Both the position numbers and the translations under genes were made by a program. Below, piece after piece: positions 17,643 to 27,032 of a stretch of 64,000 bases of DNA. The stretch spans positions 47,865 to 111,864 of the forward strand of contig JBAYIX010000001.1 in the NCBI GenBank assembly GCA_041665385.1, given 5' to 3'. The number at the start of each line of letters is the position of its first letter. Within the stretch, counting starts at the first letter, position 1. The notes under the pieces are model-generated. The model saw nothing but the letters and a program-made list of their open reading frames with translations. It searched no databases and had not been told where the DNA came from. This stretch comes from Minisyncoccota bacterium (GTDB taxonomy: Bacteria > Patescibacteriota > Minisyncoccia > Phycocordibacterales > PALSA-1337).

Positions 17643-18275
17643 CTACTTGCGAACACCAGCGAACCACCAGCGGCCGAGCCAGCCGCCGCCCCAGCCGTCG
17701 CCGTTGCGGTTGACGTTCACCAGGCGCCCGCCGTCCCAACGGTTGAACGTGGCGAAGCACCAGTTGCCTTTGGCATCTTTCCAATGAGTGCCGTGGGGCT
17801 TCTCATCGGCGAAGGCGGGATCGGCTTCATTCACGGCGGCGACAGAGATCGGATCGACGGGCTTGAGACCACGCAGTTCGAACTCTTTTTCGAGGTCGTC
17901 ATCGGAGATGAAACCATTGCGGTTCGAGAGGTCGGGTTTGAAGAACACAACCTCGACTTCGTCGCCTTCACCTTTCGGCATCGCATCCACGACCTTGCGG
18001 TCCGTGTACTGCGCGCGGCCGGTGGCCTCGATCGCCTCTTGCGGAAAGCGACTACGATTCACCTTGATGGTGCGGACGATGAGGTTCGAGACCGCTTCAG
18101 CGCGTTCGCAGAAGGGCGTAAACATCATCATTCCGAGATTCTCGACGCCGAGAACCTGTTGAGCGACGTCCGAGGTGATCGAGGAGCGATGCTTGCGCAT
18201 CGCGTCGCGGAGTTTGTTGACGGCATTTTCGATTTGGCCGTCGGTCATTTCGGCTGCAGTCATGATCTGTGTCAT
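17643..18275 (-). CDS. DGR target protein with C-terminal variable region (CLec-like fold inferred)
   Basis: The last 38 codons are the VR; ends WWFAGVRK, like the terminal G-x-R motif of DGR targets; AAAGGA SD 8 nt before the ATG. Confidence 0.9.
   Translation of the reverse strand: MTQIMTAAEMTDGQIENAVNKLRDAMRKHRSSITSDVAQQVLGVENLGMMMFTPFCERAEAVSNLIVRTIKVNRSRFPQEAIEATGRAQYTDRKVVDAMPKGEGDEVEVVFFKPDLSNRNGFISDDDLEKEFELRGLKPVDPISVAAVNEADPAFADEKPHGTHWKDAKGNWCFATFNRWDGGRLVNVNRNGDGWGGGWLGRWWFAGVRK
17647..17759 (-). repeat. DGR variable repeat (VR)
   Basis: 113 nt = TR (101 nt) plus a 12-nt duplication; 20 substitutions, all at TR adenines; invariant A-free 3' block TGGTGGTTCGCTGGTGTTCGC. Confidence 0.96.
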
Positions 18276-18328
18276 GGTGTCATCCTTTCTTTTTGATTTC
18301 GACTTATATGTAAGAACTGTTCACAATA

Positions 18329-18357
18329 ATTATACTCCTATTATCACCCATTGTCAA
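18329..18357 (-). promoter_or_regulatory. Consensus sigma70 promoter of the DGR target gene
   Basis: - strand TTGACA-N17-TATAAT, a perfect match. Confidence 0.85.
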
Positions 18358-18496
18358 TAGCTCCCGGTCCTGCCAAAATACCCCTATATTAAGCCCCAAT
18401 CATTGCATATTTGGCCCTTTTTTATTAGAATGCGCACATTGACAATTATTAGAAGGAAGACTAAAAGCCTCCCAAAAAGGGAGTAATAATACCAAA

Positions 18497-20518
18497 ATGA
18501 GCCCTTATATATGGTTCGCACTTATAAGTTCCGTAATCGCTATAGCATACGGCGCTTTTTTGATCACATCGATCTTGAAGAAGCCCACAGGCAATGACCG
18601 CATGAGAGAGATAGCCGCCGCCATCCAGGCAGGCGCAAAGGCGTATCTCAATCGCCAATATCGAACCATCGCCGTCATAGCAGTCATCCTATTCCTAATA
18701 CTCGGCTTTTTCCTAGGCTGGTCCATAGGCATAGGGTTCCTGGTAGGTGCTATCCTCTCTGCGCTTACAGGTTATATCGGTATGAATATATCGGTACGAA
18801 CAAACATAAGGACAGCCGAAGCAGCGAGGAGTGGCTTGGCTGAAGCTCTCTCTCTGGCATTCAAAGGCGGATCTGTGACCGGATTCTTCGTAGTTGGCTT
18901 GGCTCTCCTCGGAGTCACAGGCTTTTATGCCATCACAAAAGATGTAAACTCTCTCATCGGTTTGGCATTCGGAGCGAGTCTTATATCGATATTCGCCCGC
19001 CTAGGCGGAGGCATATTCACAAAGGCCGCTGATGTCGGCACCGATCTCGTAGGCAAATTAGAAGCAGGCATACCTGAAGATGATCCCAGAAACCCTGGTG
19101 TTATCGCAGACAACGTAGGCGACAATGTAGGAGACTGTGCTGGCATGGCAGCAGACTTGTTCGAGACCTATGCCGTCACCACCATAGCAGCCATGATACT
19201 CGGCGCGGTCACCTTCACACAGACTCTCGACGTTTCTGGTGTTGCAGTCAACGCAGTATTTGCAAATGCAACCATTTATCCTCTCGCTATAGGAGGTGTC
19301 GCCATCATCGCTTCTATCATAGGTACCTGGTTCGTAAAGCTCGGAAAAAGTGGAAACATAATGGGTGCAATGTACAAAGGACTCATAGCGGCTGGTGTCA
19401 TTTCTGCCATCGCTTTCTACCCCCTCACCATGGAACTCATGGCTGACAACAAACTCTACGATCCTACGAACTTGTACTACGCAACACTCGTCGGACTTCT
19501 CGTGACCGCAGCATTGGTATATATAACTGAATACTACACCTCCACCAAGTATCACCCAGTGCAATCCATAGCAAACGCGAGCGTTTCTGGTCACGGTACG
19601 AACATCATTCAGGGTCTGGCAATATCCATGAAAGCTACAGCATGGCCTACTCTGAGCATCGTTGCTGGAATATTGGCTGCATATCACTTCGGCGGACTCT
19701 ACGGTATAGCTATAGCCGCTATGAGTATGCTCTCTATGGCAGGTATCATAGTCGCTATCGACTCTTACGGTCCTATCACTGACAATGCCGGAGGCATAGC
19801 AGAGATGGCAGAACTACCAAAGGAGGTCCGTGATGTCACTGACCCATTGGATGCAGTCGGTAATACCACAAAAGCGGTCACAAAAGGATATGCCATCGGT
19901 TCCGCAGGGTTGGCGGCTCTGGTACTCTTTGCTTCCTATACAGAAGCAGTCGGTTCCGGGCACAGCTTTAGCCTCAATGATCCCGAAGTTATCGTCGGAT
20001 TGTTCATCGGAGGACTATTGCCTTACTATTTCGCAGCTCTCTGCATGGAAGCCGTAGGAAAAGCGGCTGGAAAAGTAGTAGAAGAAGTCAGGAGACAGTT
20101 CCGCGAGATCAAAGGCATCATGGATGGCTCTGCAAAGCCAGACTACAGCCGTGCGGTAGATATCGTGACTTCTGCAGCTATCAAGGAAATGATAGTTCCT
20201 GCTCTCATACCGGTTCTAGCACCTATATTGGTCGGATTTATACTCGGCCCAGTCGCTCTCGGAGGTTTGCTCGTCGGTTCCATTGTGACAGGCCTATTCG
20301 TAGCACTTTCTATGACTTCCGGAGGAGGAGCATGGGATAATGCAAAGAAACACATAGAGCAAGGTGCTCATGGAGGCAAGGGTTCGGATGCTCACAAAGC
20401 CGCTGTTACTGGCGACACCGTTGGAGATCCTTACAAAGACACAGCTGGCCCAGCCATAAACCCTATGATCAAGATCTTGAACATTGTGGCCCTGCTCATC
20501 GTCGCTTTCATTATTTAA
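18497..20518 (+). CDS. hppA: Membrane H+-translocating pyrophosphatase (K+-independent type)
   Basis: [54 protein letters not shown]. Confidence 0.95.
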   Translation: MSPYIWFALISSVIAIAYGAFLITSILKKPTGNDRMREIAAAIQAGAKAYLNRQYRTIAVIAVILFLILGFFLGWSIGIGFLVGAILSALTGYIGMNISVRTNIRTAEAARSGLAEALSLAFKGGSVTGFFVVGLALLGVTGFYAITKDVNSLIGLAFGASLISIFARLGGGIFTKAADVGTDLVGKLEAGIPEDDPRNPGVIADNVGDNVGDCAGMAADLFETYAVTTIAAMILGAVTFTQTLDVSGVAVNAVFANATIYPLAIGGVAIIASIIGTWFVKLGKSGNIMGAMYKGLIAAGVISAIAFYPLTMELMADNKLYDPTNLYYATLVGLLVTAALVYITEYYTSTKYHPVQSIANASVSGHGTNIIQGLAISMKATAWPTLSIVAGILAAYHFGGLYGIAIAAMSMLSMAGIIVAIDSYGPITDNAGGIAEMAELPKEVRDVTDPLDAVGNTTKAVTKGYAIGSAGLAALVLFASYTEAVGSGHSFSLNDPEVIVGLFIGGLLPYYFAALCMEAVGKAAGKVVEEVRRQFREIKGIMDGSAKPDYSRAVDIVTSAAIKEMIVPALIPVLAPILVGFILGPVALGGLLVGSIVTGLFVALSMTSGGGAWDNAKKHIEQGAHGGKGSDAHKAAVTGDTVGDPYKDTAGPAINPMIKILNIVALLIVAFII

Positions 20519-20541
20519 TCCAGCTTAGCTAGGATTGTATG

Positions 20542-20575
20542 GAAAATAGTCACATTTCTGTGGCTATTTTCTTTT
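20542..20575 (+). terminator. Intrinsic terminator after hppA
   Basis: gaaaatagtcaca-tttc-tgtggctattttc followed by tttt. Confidence 0.65.
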
Positions 20576-20664
20576 GAGCACTTTGCCCCCAAAAGTGCTA
20601 GACTATTCACAAGCCATGATCCACAGATATGGCTATTAATCCTAATAGAAATCACACCATTATA

Positions 20665-21450
20665 ATGAAAAAATTACAATATTCTCTCGCCATTCTAGCC
20701 ATAGTGCTCATAGGTACTCCGGCTTTGATACAGGCAGAGACAGATACAGATGCGAGTGTTTCTGCCAGCGCAGAAATAAAGGTCAGAAATACTCTTCGAG
20801 AAAAGATTAAAGCGGATATGGAGAACAAGGCAGAAAATGCCAAGAATAACCGTGACTATAGAAACTTAAAGCTAGCAGAATACGGAACTACATCTGCTAG
20901 GATCATGGCTACAGGCACACGTCCCATGCCGATCAGGGCCGCTTCCAGCACAATAAGAGTAAAGTTAGAAGAAAGGAGAGATGATAAGAAAGAGGAAAAA
21001 CAGGAAAAAAGAGAGGATCGGAGAGAAGATCGTCAGGAAAAGAGGATAGAGAAATTCCAAGAAGAAAGAGCTCACATAGTGAGACAACTCGAACAATCCA
21101 TATCAAACCTAAAGCAAGTCCAGACTAGGATACAAAGCCGGATCACAAAGGCAGAACAAGAAGGACTCAACATGACAGATGCCAAGACTTTGAATGTCAC
21201 AGCAACAACCAAGATAAATCTTGCAGTACAGGCAGTAGATGCACTCAAAATATTCGATGCATCCTCAAACGTATCGGCATCTAGTACGATAGACCTGAGC
21301 AAACCCCGAGAGCTTCTAAATACAGCTCGCCTATCTATAAAGACTGCTCGCGAAGCATTGAATGATGTTATCGTCTCCATAGCTCACACTATGGGATACA
21401 AACTTGGCGCAAAGATAAATGCCACCTCCACTGGATCTGTGAGTCAATAA
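20665..21450 (+). CDS. Hypothetical secreted coiled-coil protein
   Basis: Signal-peptide-like MKKLQYSLAILAIVLIG; charged EKR-rich helices. Confidence 0.7.
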   Translation: MKKLQYSLAILAIVLIGTPALIQAETDTDASVSASAEIKVRNTLREKIKADMENKAENAKNNRDYRNLKLAEYGTTSARIMATGTRPMPIRAASSTIRVKLEERRDDKKEEKQEKREDRREDRQEKRIEKFQEERAHIVRQLEQSISNLKQVQTRIQSRITKAEQEGLNMTDAKTLNVTATTKINLAVQAVDALKIFDASSNVSASSTIDLSKPRELLNTARLSIKTAREALNDVIVSIAHTMGYKLGAKINATSTGSVSQ

Positions 21451-21474
21451 TCATTATTATAATAAATAACAAAA

Positions 21475-21804
21475 ATGGAACCTAACCAAAATCAGCCAGT
21501 GAACCCGACGTTGCCTATTAGCAACATGACACCGACTTCTCACAAAAAGGTCGGTCCGATAGTGGCAATACTTGTCATCGTCTTGGTCCTCATCGTCGCG
21601 GCGTTATATCTCTTTGCTTCCAAACTCAACAAACAACCAGTAATGTTAGAAAATACAAACGGCACGGAGTCCGCATTTATTGCGGAAGAAAATTCTTCTC
21701 CTATGCCAGTCGTATCCCCTGTGACTGGTACCGCTGACGATCCAGATTCGCTCTCAAATGATCTCAATGCTGGCGCACAGGCAGAAAGTAACTTTGCATT
21801 CTAA
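21475..21804 (+). CDS. Hypothetical single-pass membrane protein
   Basis: One hydrophobic segment, GPIVAILVIVLVLIVAALYLF. Confidence 0.7.
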   Translation: MEPNQNQPVNPTLPISNMTPTSHKKVGPIVAILVIVLVLIVAALYLFASKLNKQPVMLENTNGTESAFIAEENSSPMPVVSPVTGTADDPDSLSNDLNAGAQAESNFAF

Positions 21805-21876
21805 GTAGAGAAATATTTGTGAAAAAATGCAGCTCTAACGGGCTGCTTTTTTTGTTTGCAAATTTCAATTGCAGTA

Positions 21877-21992
21877 TCGGGCAAGCGAGGGATGTGCATT
21901 CTTTTCATAGAAATTGGAGAAAAACCAACCGGCTCTGTTCGTGGTAGCTCTTCAATTTCTATGAAAAGAATGCACATCCCTCGCTTGCCCGA
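21877..21992. repeat. Long perfect inverted repeat IR2 (40-bp arms, 36-nt spacer)
   Basis: 21877-21916 is the exact reverse complement of 21953-21992. Confidence 0.97.
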
Positions 21993-22042
21993 GCCCCCAA
22001 CCAAAGTTGCACGATATCCACGATCAATGTAAACTCCCATTT

Positions 22043-23098
22043 ATGACAAAAAATCAAAAAAATTATGGAGAAGCAAAGGTAAAACCGCTAGACAAATCTC
22101 GCATAGAGATCATTGGAAATATCCCACCAGAAATTTGGGAAAACTACCGTGCCCAGGCTCTAAAGGAAGTGAATGATTCTGTGACAATCGACGGATTCCG
22201 AAAAGGTATGGTTCCAGAAAACATACTCATTTCCAAGGTTGGTGAAATGGCTATTCTAGAAGAGATGGCCGAGCTCGCCATGACGCCAGCATACATGGAC
22301 ATAGTCATTGAAAATAAGATAGACGCAATAGGCAGACCCGACATACAGATCACAAAACTCGCTTCCGGAAACCCCATCGAATTCAAAATCGTTTCCGCCA
22401 TCGTTCCTACTGTCACATTGCCTGAATACAAAAAAATCGCCGTGGAAGAAGTTAAGAAACAAAATCCAGATGATGTGAAGGTGACAGAAAAAGACATAGA
22501 GGATACAATTACACGCATATTGTCGGAAACAGAGTCAGCAGATACGGCGGCGGATCGTTCCGACCACAAAACTTTAGCTACAAAAAATGAACTCAATGAC
22601 GATTTTGTAAAAAAATTGGGGGCCTTTTCGAGCGTCTCAGATTTCAAAGAAAAATTGAAAGAGATGATAGCCCAGCAAAAGAAAGACCAGGCAATAGAAA
22701 AACTTCGCATTCAGATAGCGGAAAATATTTCGTCTGCATCCACTATCGACCTTCCGGACATAATGGTCGACAGTGAAACAAGTAGAATAGAGGCTCAGTT
22801 TGGCGGTGATATAGAGAGAATGGGTGTGAAACTCGAGGATTATCTGAAACATTCCAAAAAGACGATAGAGGATCTCAGGAAAGAGTGGCGCCCACATGCA
22901 GAAAAGAAGGCCAAACTCCAACTCATATTGAATGCCATTGCCGATAAGGAAAAGCTAAGACCCAGTAAGGACGAAATCGAACATGAAGTGAAACATATCT
23001 TGGAACACTACAAAGATGCAGATCACGAACAAGCTCACTCGTATGCAGAGACTGTTCTAACAAACGAAAAAGTCTTTCAGTTTCTCGAATCAAAATAG
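22043..23098 (+). CDS. tig: Trigger factor (lacks the FKBP domain)
   Basis: IDGFRKGMVP ribosome-binding signature; ELNDDF and LPDIMV C-terminal domain; start moved to 22043. Confidence 0.88.
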   Translation: MTKNQKNYGEAKVKPLDKSRIEIIGNIPPEIWENYRAQALKEVNDSVTIDGFRKGMVPENILISKVGEMAILEEMAELAMTPAYMDIVIENKIDAIGRPDIQITKLASGNPIEFKIVSAIVPTVTLPEYKKIAVEEVKKQNPDDVKVTEKDIEDTITRILSETESADTAADRSDHKTLATKNELNDDFVKKLGAFSSVSDFKEKLKEMIAQQKKDQAIEKLRIQIAENISSASTIDLPDIMVDSETSRIEAQFGGDIERMGVKLEDYLKHSKKTIEDLRKEWRPHAEKKAKLQLILNAIADKEKLRPSKDEIEHEVKHILEHYKDADHEQAHSYAETVLTNEKVFQFLESK

Positions 23099-23110
23099 GT
23101 TACAAAGATA

Positions 23111-23812
23111 TCAAAAAACAACTTGTGAAAGTGCAGCAACAACCGCAGTTTCCGCCCGCAATATTTGAGAACCCAAGCAATAGGTTGGAATATTATATTT
23201 CTGAAACATTTCTAGTTCTGCATCTGACCATCCGCCCTCAGGACCGATAAATATCATTACTGGACCAGAATCTTTTCCTGTTTCCTTTTGCCATTTTTCC
23301 CCCTCAGTATGAAATACTATTTTAGATTCGATAGACATCGAAACAGCATCTGAAAAATCAATCATCTTTTCGAGAGTCGGGATATTTCCTCTTCCACTTT
23401 GCTCGCTAGCCTCGATCAAAATCTTCTGCAGGCGATCTTCATTCAAAAATTTCTTTTCACTCCTTTCCGCTACGACAGGAATGATCCTAGATATGCCGAG
23501 CTCGGTTGCTTTTTCTGCTATCCATTCAAAATTATCTTTTTTTACCAGCGCGGCAGCGAGGACGACTTGTCTCTCTGGCATGAAACGACTTTTGACTATT
23601 TCTGAAACCTGGAGGGACATTAAACTTGCACTCTTTTCCGTTTCCAATATTTCACAGATATAGTCGAAGCCGGAGCCATCAAAGACTATCACTTTGTCTC
23701 CCACCCCCAAACGAAAAACTTTTCGGATCTGATGGATCATATCTTCCGATTCTATCCGTAAATTTTTATCCGATCCTATAGGCGTCGGTATATAAAAACG
23801 GTGCAGTCGCAT
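23111..23812 (-). CDS. rsmE: 16S rRNA m3U1498 methyltransferase RsmE
   Basis: HQIRKVFRL, EKATELGI, EASEQSGR, IGPEGG, ILRAETA. Confidence 0.93.
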   Translation of the reverse strand: MRLHRFYIPTPIGSDKNLRIESEDMIHQIRKVFRLGVGDKVIVFDGSGFDYICEILETEKSASLMSLQVSEIVKSRFMPERQVVLAAALVKKDNFEWIAEKATELGISRIIPVVAERSEKKFLNEDRLQKILIEASEQSGRGNIPTLEKMIDFSDAVSMSIESKIVFHTEGEKWQKETGKDSGPVMIFIGPEGGWSDAELEMFQKYNIPTYCLGSQILRAETAVVAALSQVVF

Positions 23813-24396
23813 TATTTGGGGTTGAGAACCTGATCTATGACACCATACTTCTTCGCCTCTTCCGCACTCATAAAGAAATCTCGATCTGCGTCTTTTTCAA
23901 TTTTTGCGAGTGACTGTCCAGTAGCCTTGGCGAGCATTTTATTCAAGTTCTCTCTCATTTTCAAAATGTGCTTTGCACTGATCTCAATGTCTGAAGCCTG
24001 ACCTTCGGTTCCACCGTGAGGCTGGTGTATCATGACTTCGGCATTTGGGAGGGCGTACCTCTTCCCTTTTGTCCCAGAAGCGAGAATGACAGCTCCCATA
24101 GATGCGGCAATACCTACACAATAAGTGGCGATATCATTTTTTATGGAATTCATAGTATCAATTATTGCCAGACCAGAAGAGATCACTCCACCTGGAGAAT
24201 TGATATACATGCTTATTTCCTTCTTGGGATCTTCGGACTGCAGAAACAATAGCTGAGCAATGACCAAGTTTGCCGTAACATCATCTATCGGTCCGCCAAG
24301 GAAAATAATATTCTCTTTCAGGAGACGTGAATAGATATCATATGCACGCTCGCCGAAACTGGATTTCTCGATAACTGTTGGAATGAGTATTGACAT
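23812..24396 (-). CDS. clpP: ATP-dependent Clp protease proteolytic subunit
   Basis: [35 protein letters not shown]; start moved to 24396. Confidence 0.96.
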   Translation of the reverse strand: MSILIPTVIEKSSFGERAYDIYSRLLKENIIFLGGPIDDVTANLVIAQLLFLQSEDPKKEISMYINSPGGVISSGLAIIDTMNSIKNDIATYCVGIAASMGAVILASGTKGKRYALPNAEVMIHQPHGGTEGQASDIEISAKHILKMRENLNKMLAKATGQSLAKIEKDADRDFFMSAEEAKKYGVIDQVLNPK

Positions 24397-24633
24397 GGTT
24401 TTGTGTTGGTTTTGTTTTTTATTACTTTCGTACTGTATCACGCATACGAAAATAGTCAACTAAAACTATACCACAATTACTGGACATTATCAGCTTATTC
24501 ATTATATGATGACAATGTTACCAATATTAAATTTTGAAACCGCTTCAACGGACCATGACACTCTTATTTATGATTAGATTTCCTCATACAATAGGTATAA
24601 AGCCATAGATCCAATACGGCGGTTCATCCGCAT

Positions 24634-26163
24634 ATGTCATTAAAACTAGTCGCACTCTTCCTCTCCATTGCTGGAGTTGTCGGTGTGGCAGTTGGTTATT
24701 ATCTCCGATTGATCATTTCTTTGGGCAAAAAAGGCTCAATGGAACTCGAGATCAAGGAAATGCTCCTCGCCGCAAAAGAGGAAGCAAAGAAGATAACAGC
24801 CGACGCCACTACCAGAGCAAACCAAGTAATTACAGAAGGAAGAAAAGAAATAAAAGAAAAGGAAGATAAGATAAGACACACAGAAGATCGTCTGATAAAA
24901 AAAGAGGATCTGCTAGATAAGCGCCAATTAGATCTAGACAAAGAGGTTGATTTGATAAAACAGCGTGTAGTAGAAATAAAAGCCATTCGCGAGCAAGCAG
25001 ACAAACTCGAGGAACACAGGAAACAAGAACTCGAGAAAATATCACGCCTGACGACCGAGGAAGCCAAAGAAGAGCTCATTCGAATCATCGAAAAGCAATC
25101 CGAGGAAGATCTGATGGTTCGCATTACCAAGCTAGAACAGCATGGAGAAGACATGCTAGAAAATAAAGCCAAAGATATCCTAGCGATGTCCATACAACGC
25201 CTGGCTACTTCTGTCGCAGCAGATGTGATGTCTACTGTCGTACCTATTCCAAATGAAGATGTAAAAGGTAAGATTATTGGCAAGGAAGGAAGAAATATAA
25301 AGGCTTTTGAGCGTATCAGCGGCGTAGAAGTGCTGGTGGACGACTCCCCAGGCGCGATAACCATATCCTCATTTGACCCAGTTCGCCGCCACATAGCGCG
25401 TATGGCTCTGGAAGAACTCATCAAAGATGGCCGCATACAGCCGGCTCGCATCGAACAGGTAGTAGACAAGGCAAAACAAGATATAAACAAGACGATCAAG
25501 GAAAAGGGCGAACAAGCTGCATATGAATGTGGCGTGCTCGGCCTCGATCCCAGAATACTTCTCATTTTGGGACGACTTCACTTCCGCACTAGCTACGGCC
25601 AAAATGTCCTCCTTCACTCCATAGAAATGGCTCACATTGCCGGAATGATAGCCGAGGAACTAGGTGCAAACGTCCAGGTCGCAAAAGCAGGTGCTCTCCT
25701 TCACGACATAGGCAAGGCTCTAGACCACGAAGTCAGCGGTACACACGTAGAAATAGGTAGGAGAATCCTGCAAAAGTTTGGCGCACCAGAAGAAGTGATA
25801 AAAGCCATGCAGGCTCATCATGAAGAATATCCTTACGAGACCGTAGAATCTCGTATTGTGCAGACTGCAGATGCAGTCTCCGGAGCGAGACCTGGTGCAA
25901 GAAGGGATAACATCGAAAATTATCTGAAACGCCTCGGTGATCTGGAAGCTTTGGCAAATTCTTTCAAGGGTATAGAAAAGTCTTACGCCCTGCAAGCAGG
26001 CCGTGAAATACGTATATTCGTAAAGCCCGAGGAGATAGGAGATGTCGAGGCAAAAAATCTCGCACGAGACATAGCAGTAAAGATAGAAAAGGATCTCAAA
26101 TACCCCGGCGAGATAAAAGTGATGATAATTCGAGAAACTAGAACCATAGAATTTGCAAGGTAG
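24634..26163 (+). CDS. rny: Ribonuclease Y
   Basis: N-terminal TM helix, coiled coil, KH domain (KGKIIGKEGRNI), HD domain (LLHDIGK), SGARPGAR. Confidence 0.96.
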   Translation: MSLKLVALFLSIAGVVGVAVGYYLRLIISLGKKGSMELEIKEMLLAAKEEAKKITADATTRANQVITEGRKEIKEKEDKIRHTEDRLIKKEDLLDKRQLDLDKEVDLIKQRVVEIKAIREQADKLEEHRKQELEKISRLTTEEAKEELIRIIEKQSEEDLMVRITKLEQHGEDMLENKAKDILAMSIQRLATSVAADVMSTVVPIPNEDVKGKIIGKEGRNIKAFERISGVEVLVDDSPGAITISSFDPVRRHIARMALEELIKDGRIQPARIEQVVDKAKQDINKTIKEKGEQAAYECGVLGLDPRILLILGRLHFRTSYGQNVLLHSIEMAHIAGMIAEELGANVQVAKAGALLHDIGKALDHEVSGTHVEIGRRILQKFGAPEEVIKAMQAHHEEYPYETVESRIVQTADAVSGARPGARRDNIENYLKRLGDLEALANSFKGIEKSYALQAGREIRIFVKPEEIGDVEAKNLARDIAVKIEKDLKYPGEIKVMIIRETRTIEFAR

Positions 26164-26239
26164 TCAATCTCATATACCCTATTGCCTAAAAAACGGCTTA
26201 ATATATAATATGCAGTATTAATAGGTAATAGAAAACACA

Positions 26240-26512
26240 ATGAATAAAGCTAGTATTGTTGACGCTGTGCACGGAGTACTTGGTGGAACAAAGGTTCAAG
26301 CCGAGCAAGCAGTAGAAACTATGATTAACACCGTTATCGATTCTTTGAAGAAAGGAGAGGAAGTCTCCATCTCAGGCCTCGGTATATTCTCAGTAAAGCA
26401 GCGTGCCGCACGTGAAGCTAGAAACCCTCGTACAGGTGAGGCTATCAAGGTCCCAGCTATGAAGGTTCCTAAGTTCCGTGCAGCAAAGGCCCTCAAGGAC
26501 GCGGTAAAATAA
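26240..26512 (+). CDS. hup: DNA-binding protein HU
   Basis: MNKA.., GLGIF, ARNPRTGEAIKVPA, PKFRAAKALKDAVK. Confidence 0.95.
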   Translation: MNKASIVDAVHGVLGGTKVQAEQAVETMINTVIDSLKKGEEVSISGLGIFSVKQRAAREARNPRTGEAIKVPAMKVPKFRAAKALKDAVK

Positions 26513-26535
26513 GGATCCCAGGTTTACTATCGTTA

Positions 26536-26571
26536 GTAGCAAAAAACCGCCCTAGGGCGGTTTTTTGCTAC
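26536..26571. terminator. Bidirectional terminator
   Basis: gtagcaaaaaaccgccc-ta-gggcggttttttgctac palindrome between convergent hup and tRNA. Confidence 0.8.
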
Positions 26572-26580
26572 ATATAGCAG

Positions 26581-26651
26581 TGCGGGATAGGAGAATCGAA
26601 CTCCTGACATTTGTTTGGAAAACAAATATTTTACCATTAAACTAATCCCGC
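26581..26651 (-). tRNA. tRNA-Gly(TCC)
   Basis: Cloverleaf; anticodon arm TTTGT-TTTCCAA-ACAAA; GTTCGATTC; CCA not encoded. Confidence 0.93.
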
Positions 26652-26684
26652 TTTTGTTTTTGAAATTCCATATCACACAACACC

Positions 26685-27032
26685 CTACGACGCCTTGCTC
26701 CCCGGCGGTATCGTAACATTTGGCTCTAGCAATGAAAAGCCGACGTCCGGCACAGACACAGCCAAGATCATACCACTACTTTCCAAACCACGTATAGTCC
26801 TAGGCTCGATATTTGTAACAAACATACAGGTCTTCCCTACCAAAACCTGCGGGTCTGGGAAATATGCAGAGATACCGGAGACTATCTGGCGAGGCTTTAC
26901 ATTGCCTTGCTCGTCTTTCTCCGCAAAATCTACCACCAACTTCAGTAGCTTGTCCGCATCCAACACCTTTTCTGCAGACAATATTTTGCCCGCTCTTATC
27001 TCGACTTTTTTGAAATCATCAAAAGGTATCAT
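26685..27032 (-). CDS. tRNA-binding OB-fold protein (MetRS C-terminal/Trbp111/CsaA-like)
   Basis: FDDFKKVEIRAGKI, ADKLLKL, RQIVSGI, SSGMIL. Confidence 0.88.
   Translation of the reverse strand: MIPFDDFKKVEIRAGKILSAEKVLDADKLLKLVVDFAEKDEQGNVKPRQIVSGISAYFPDPQVLVGKTCMFVTNIEPRTIRGLESSGMILAVSVPDVGFSLLEPNVTIPPGSKAS

Larger units (their letters stand above)
15709..18357. mobile_element. Diversity-generating retroelement cassette (target/VR - TR - inverted avd - RT)
   Basis: RT, Avd-like ORF and a TR/VR pair differing only at TR adenines, all within 2.7 kb. Confidence 0.96.

Noticed and set aside
16990-17784. ORFs 16990-17256 and 17575-17784 with similar translations (MLRHVQPL...)
   Set aside because: They are off-frame readings of TR and VR; the repeat explains the similarity.
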